A stretch of DNA of 62,925 bases, filler included, from Octopus bimaculoides (Eukaryota), in NCBI RefSeq assembly GCF_001194135.2. It is 8 parts of 8 records of this genome, joined end to end, with 100 filler letters (N's around TTAATTAATTAA, not from the genome) between each part and the next. Parts side by side here need not be neighbours in the genome. Positions count along the whole stretch, not along the records: positions 58,333 to 62,925 come from NC_068983.1; 7 more parts are not named here. One strand, given 5' to 3'. Shown here one piece after another: positions 60,085-62,925 of this stretch. Position numbers and translations under genes: made by a program. The notes beneath the pieces are model-generated. The model was not told where the DNA came from. It was given only the letters and a program-made list of their open reading frames with translations, and did no database searches. The number at the start of each line of letters is the position of its first letter. Positions within the stretch are counted from its first letter, which is position 1.

Positions 60085-60530
60085 TTTGGTAGACGGAAAC
60101 TGTGTGGAAGCCTATCGTATAATATATAGACATATGGATAAATATATATATATATATAAATGTATATATANNNNNNNNNNNNNNNNNNNNNNNNNNNNNN
60201 NNNNNNNNNNNNNNNNNNNNNNNNNNNNNNNNNNNNNNNNNNNNNNNNNNNNNNNNNNNNNNNNNNNNNNNNNNNNNNNNNNNNNNNNNNNNNNNNNNNN
60301 NNNNNNNNNNNNNNNNNNNNNNNNNNNNNNNNNNNNNNNNNNNNNNNNNNNNNNNNNNNNNNNNNNNNNNNNNNNNNNNNNNNNNNNNNNNNNNNNNNNN
60401 NNNNNNNNNNNNNNNNNNNNNNNNNNNNNNNNNNNNNNNNNNNNNNNNNNNNNNNNNNNNNNNNNNNNNNNNNNNNNNNNNNNNNNNNNNNNNNNNNNNN
60501 TATATATATATACATATATGTATATGCATG

Positions 60531-60588
<58 letters not shown>

Positions 60589-60905
60589 CATATATGTGTA
60601 TATGTGTGTGTGTGTGCACCCGTGCGTGTGTTTGTGTGTGCGTGTATGCCTGTACTTGCTTTACGCACCTGCACCACCACTTGACAACTGGTGTTGGTTT
60701 GTTTGCGTTCCCTTAAGTTAGCAGTTCGGCAAAAGATACCGGTGGAATAAGTAACAGATTTAAAAAAACAAAAGACAAAGAACAAACAAACAAACAAAAA
60801 CCAGACAGACCACAAAGATAACATAAATACTAAGGTTGATTTGTTAAAGAAAACCTTTCAAGGTGGTGCCCCAGCATGGCCATAATTTAATGGCTAAAAC
60901 AAACA
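60085..60905 (+). mobile_element. SINE family A, headless, very long internal microsatellite and gap
   Basis: ttggtagacggaaactg...cttgacaactggtgttgg...ggtgccccagcatggcc. Confidence 0.7.
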
Positions 60906-61197
60906 AAGGATCACAATATAAACGATATCTGAAGGGAAGAAATCGAGTTAGTGATTTGATAAAATGAGGAAATGCTGGAAAAATGATTAAGAAATAATGT
61001 TTTAAGGTTTTCGACTAACGGAGAAATATACAAAAGGAAATACCAGTCATATACTTAGGTTGATTCAGTACAAAAATATACGCCATTGCTGGAGATTCAG
61101 TCCCGATGTTTGAAATGGTGATAGTAACTGTCAATTCATAGAATATTTGGTTTTGGGATTCGCTTGTAAGCTGTATATTAAATCTATTTAGGATTTA

Positions 61198-61327
61198 CAG
61201 TTATCCCTCGCTACATCGCGGTTCACCCATCGCGGTTCACCCATCGCGGTTTACCTATCGCGGTTTATTATTTAAGCTTACGTCGATTCGTCTGTGATGT
61301 TGTTTTGGGTTTATATTAAAATAAATT

Positions 61328-61383
<56 letters not shown>

Positions 61384-61484
61384 AAATAAATTTATAGAAA
61401 TTATAAGAATAATAAAAATATATATATATACAGTACAGTACTGTTTCTACTTCGCAGATTTTGACCTATCGCGGGTGATTACTG
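61198..61484. mobile_element. pogo/Tigger-like MITE with TA flanks and four 14-bp subterminal repeats
   Basis: TA-cagttatccctcg start and gtgattactg-TA end; catcgcggttcacc x4 at 61214-61269. Confidence 0.7.
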
Positions 61485-61611
61485 TAATTAAAGTGATCTT
61501 TAATGAAAAGCCCGGTATCGTTGCTGTTTTTATATATGTATGTAAATATACATTTATATATACATATGTAAGTTGTATATGTATATACATACACACCTAT
61601 ATACACACACG

Positions 61612-61645
<34 letters not shown>

Positions 61646-61657
61646 TATTATATATAT

Positions 61658-61879
61658 ATTCTTTTACTTGCTTCATCCAATATTTGACTGCGGCCATGCT
61701 GGAGCACCTCCTTAAAGGGTTTTAGTCGAAGAAATTGACCCGAGAATTATTGTTTGTAAGCCTAGTACTTATTCCATCGTTCTCTTTTTTACTAAACCGC
61801 TAAGTTATGGGAACGTAAACACACCAGCACCGTGTGTCAAGTGATGGTAGGGGAACAAAAACAGACGCAAACACACACG

Positions 61880-61924
<45 letters not shown>

Positions 61925-62073
61925 ACCACGGGCTTCTTTTAGTTTCCACTCACAAGGCTTTGGTCAGCCCGGGGCTATAGTAGAAGACACTTGCCCAAGG
62001 TGACACGCAGTGGCACTGAACCCAGAACCGTGTGGCTGAGAAGCAAGCTTCTTATCACACAGCCACGCCTGCG
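61658..62073 (-). mobile_element. SINE family A, full length
   Basis: All modules. Confidence 0.9.
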
Positions 62074-62226
62074 TTTGAAATATAAATATACACTAATTGG
62101 GATATGTAATTGGGATATACACTAATTGGGATATGTAAACATTCTAAAAATCTACCATACACATATATTGTATAATATTTATAATTAAGCATACACACAC
62201 ACACATAGTACATACATACAAATGCA

Positions 62227-62277
<51 letters not shown>

Positions 62278-62564
62278 ATACAAATAATATGTGAGTATAT
62301 GCATGTATACGTACATGTATGTACATACCTGCATCTACATGTATTTATAGATACATATCCGGGTACAGGACATCACAAGAAAACGTGGGCAAATTGAGAA
62401 ACAGAACATAAACAGAGCACAGAAAACAAACAGGCCACTATATATTGTGTGTGTGTTTGTGTGTGAGCACGGGCCCATCATTTCTAACATAGCATGAGGC
62501 CAGAACATTGACAGAAGATAACTATAGTTCAATATATCGATATTAGTACATAAATTGTAATTTA

Positions 62565-62705
62565 TTTGTTTTCGACTCCGGAAGAATGAAAAGCAAAGTT
62601 AAAAACCCTTGGTAAGATTTGATACCAGACTATGAAAACCCCGAGTCTAAATAGCGCAAAGTATTTTGTTCGATGGTGCTAACGATTCGGCCAGTCCATC
62701 GGCCG
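62565..62705 (-). mobile_element. SINE family B, strongly diverged
   Basis: tcgactccggaagaatgaaaagcaaag...gtgctaacgattcggccag. Confidence 0.55.
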
Positions 62706-62724
62706 GGAAGAAGAGAGAAATAAT

Positions 62725-62862
62725 TCTTTTGTACTCTAGGCACAAGGTCCGAAATTTTGGAGGATGGGGCCAGTTGTTTAGATCGACCTCAGTGCGTAAC
62801 TGGTACTTAATTTATCGACTCCCGAAAGGATGAAAGGCAAAGTCGACCTCGGTGGAATTTGC
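62725..62862 (-). mobile_element. 5'-truncated SINE family B with 12-bp TSD gagagaaataat (62713-62724 / 62863-62874)
   Basis: TSD seen directly. Confidence 0.9.
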
Positions 62863-62925
62863 GAGAGAAATAATGTTAGCCTAAAGAAATAAAATCTCAC
62901 AAGTCTTTCTTCTTTAGTTCGTAAG

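Overview
AT-rich, very repeat-dense animal genomic DNA from a gappy draft scaffold. It is most likely a coleoid cephalopod (Octopus); this is inferred from the recalled repeat families and the zinc-finger style, not from a database search. The only clearly recognisable host gene is a + strand C2H2 zinc-finger array (21468-22272, cut by a gap). It has a +1 frameshift, and its intact-finger frame contains no ATG. Short minus-strand segments at 32-36 kb have good splice signals and compatible phases, and may belong to a second, unidentified gene. The rest is mostly mobile DNA: about 23 copies of one tRNA-derived SINE carrying an internal microsatellite, about 14 copies of a second SINE, several SINEs that shuffle head and tail modules, 5'-truncated RTE LINE ends, decayed Merlin, Chapaev-like, mariner and DD37D transposases, MITEs, a Helentron-type non-autonomous element and Penelope-like ends with hammerhead-like relics. 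Unexplained structure includes a 104-bp near-perfect hairpin (192-412), an element of about 900 bp with about 88-bp inverted ends (42513-43426), a tandem fold-back MITE (36754-37739) and a locally triplicated segment (40.3, 42.1 and 45.5 kb). No rRNA, true tRNA or CRISPR array is supported. Most ORFs in the supplied track are translations of microsatellites or N-gaps. Family names are recalled from memory and unverified.
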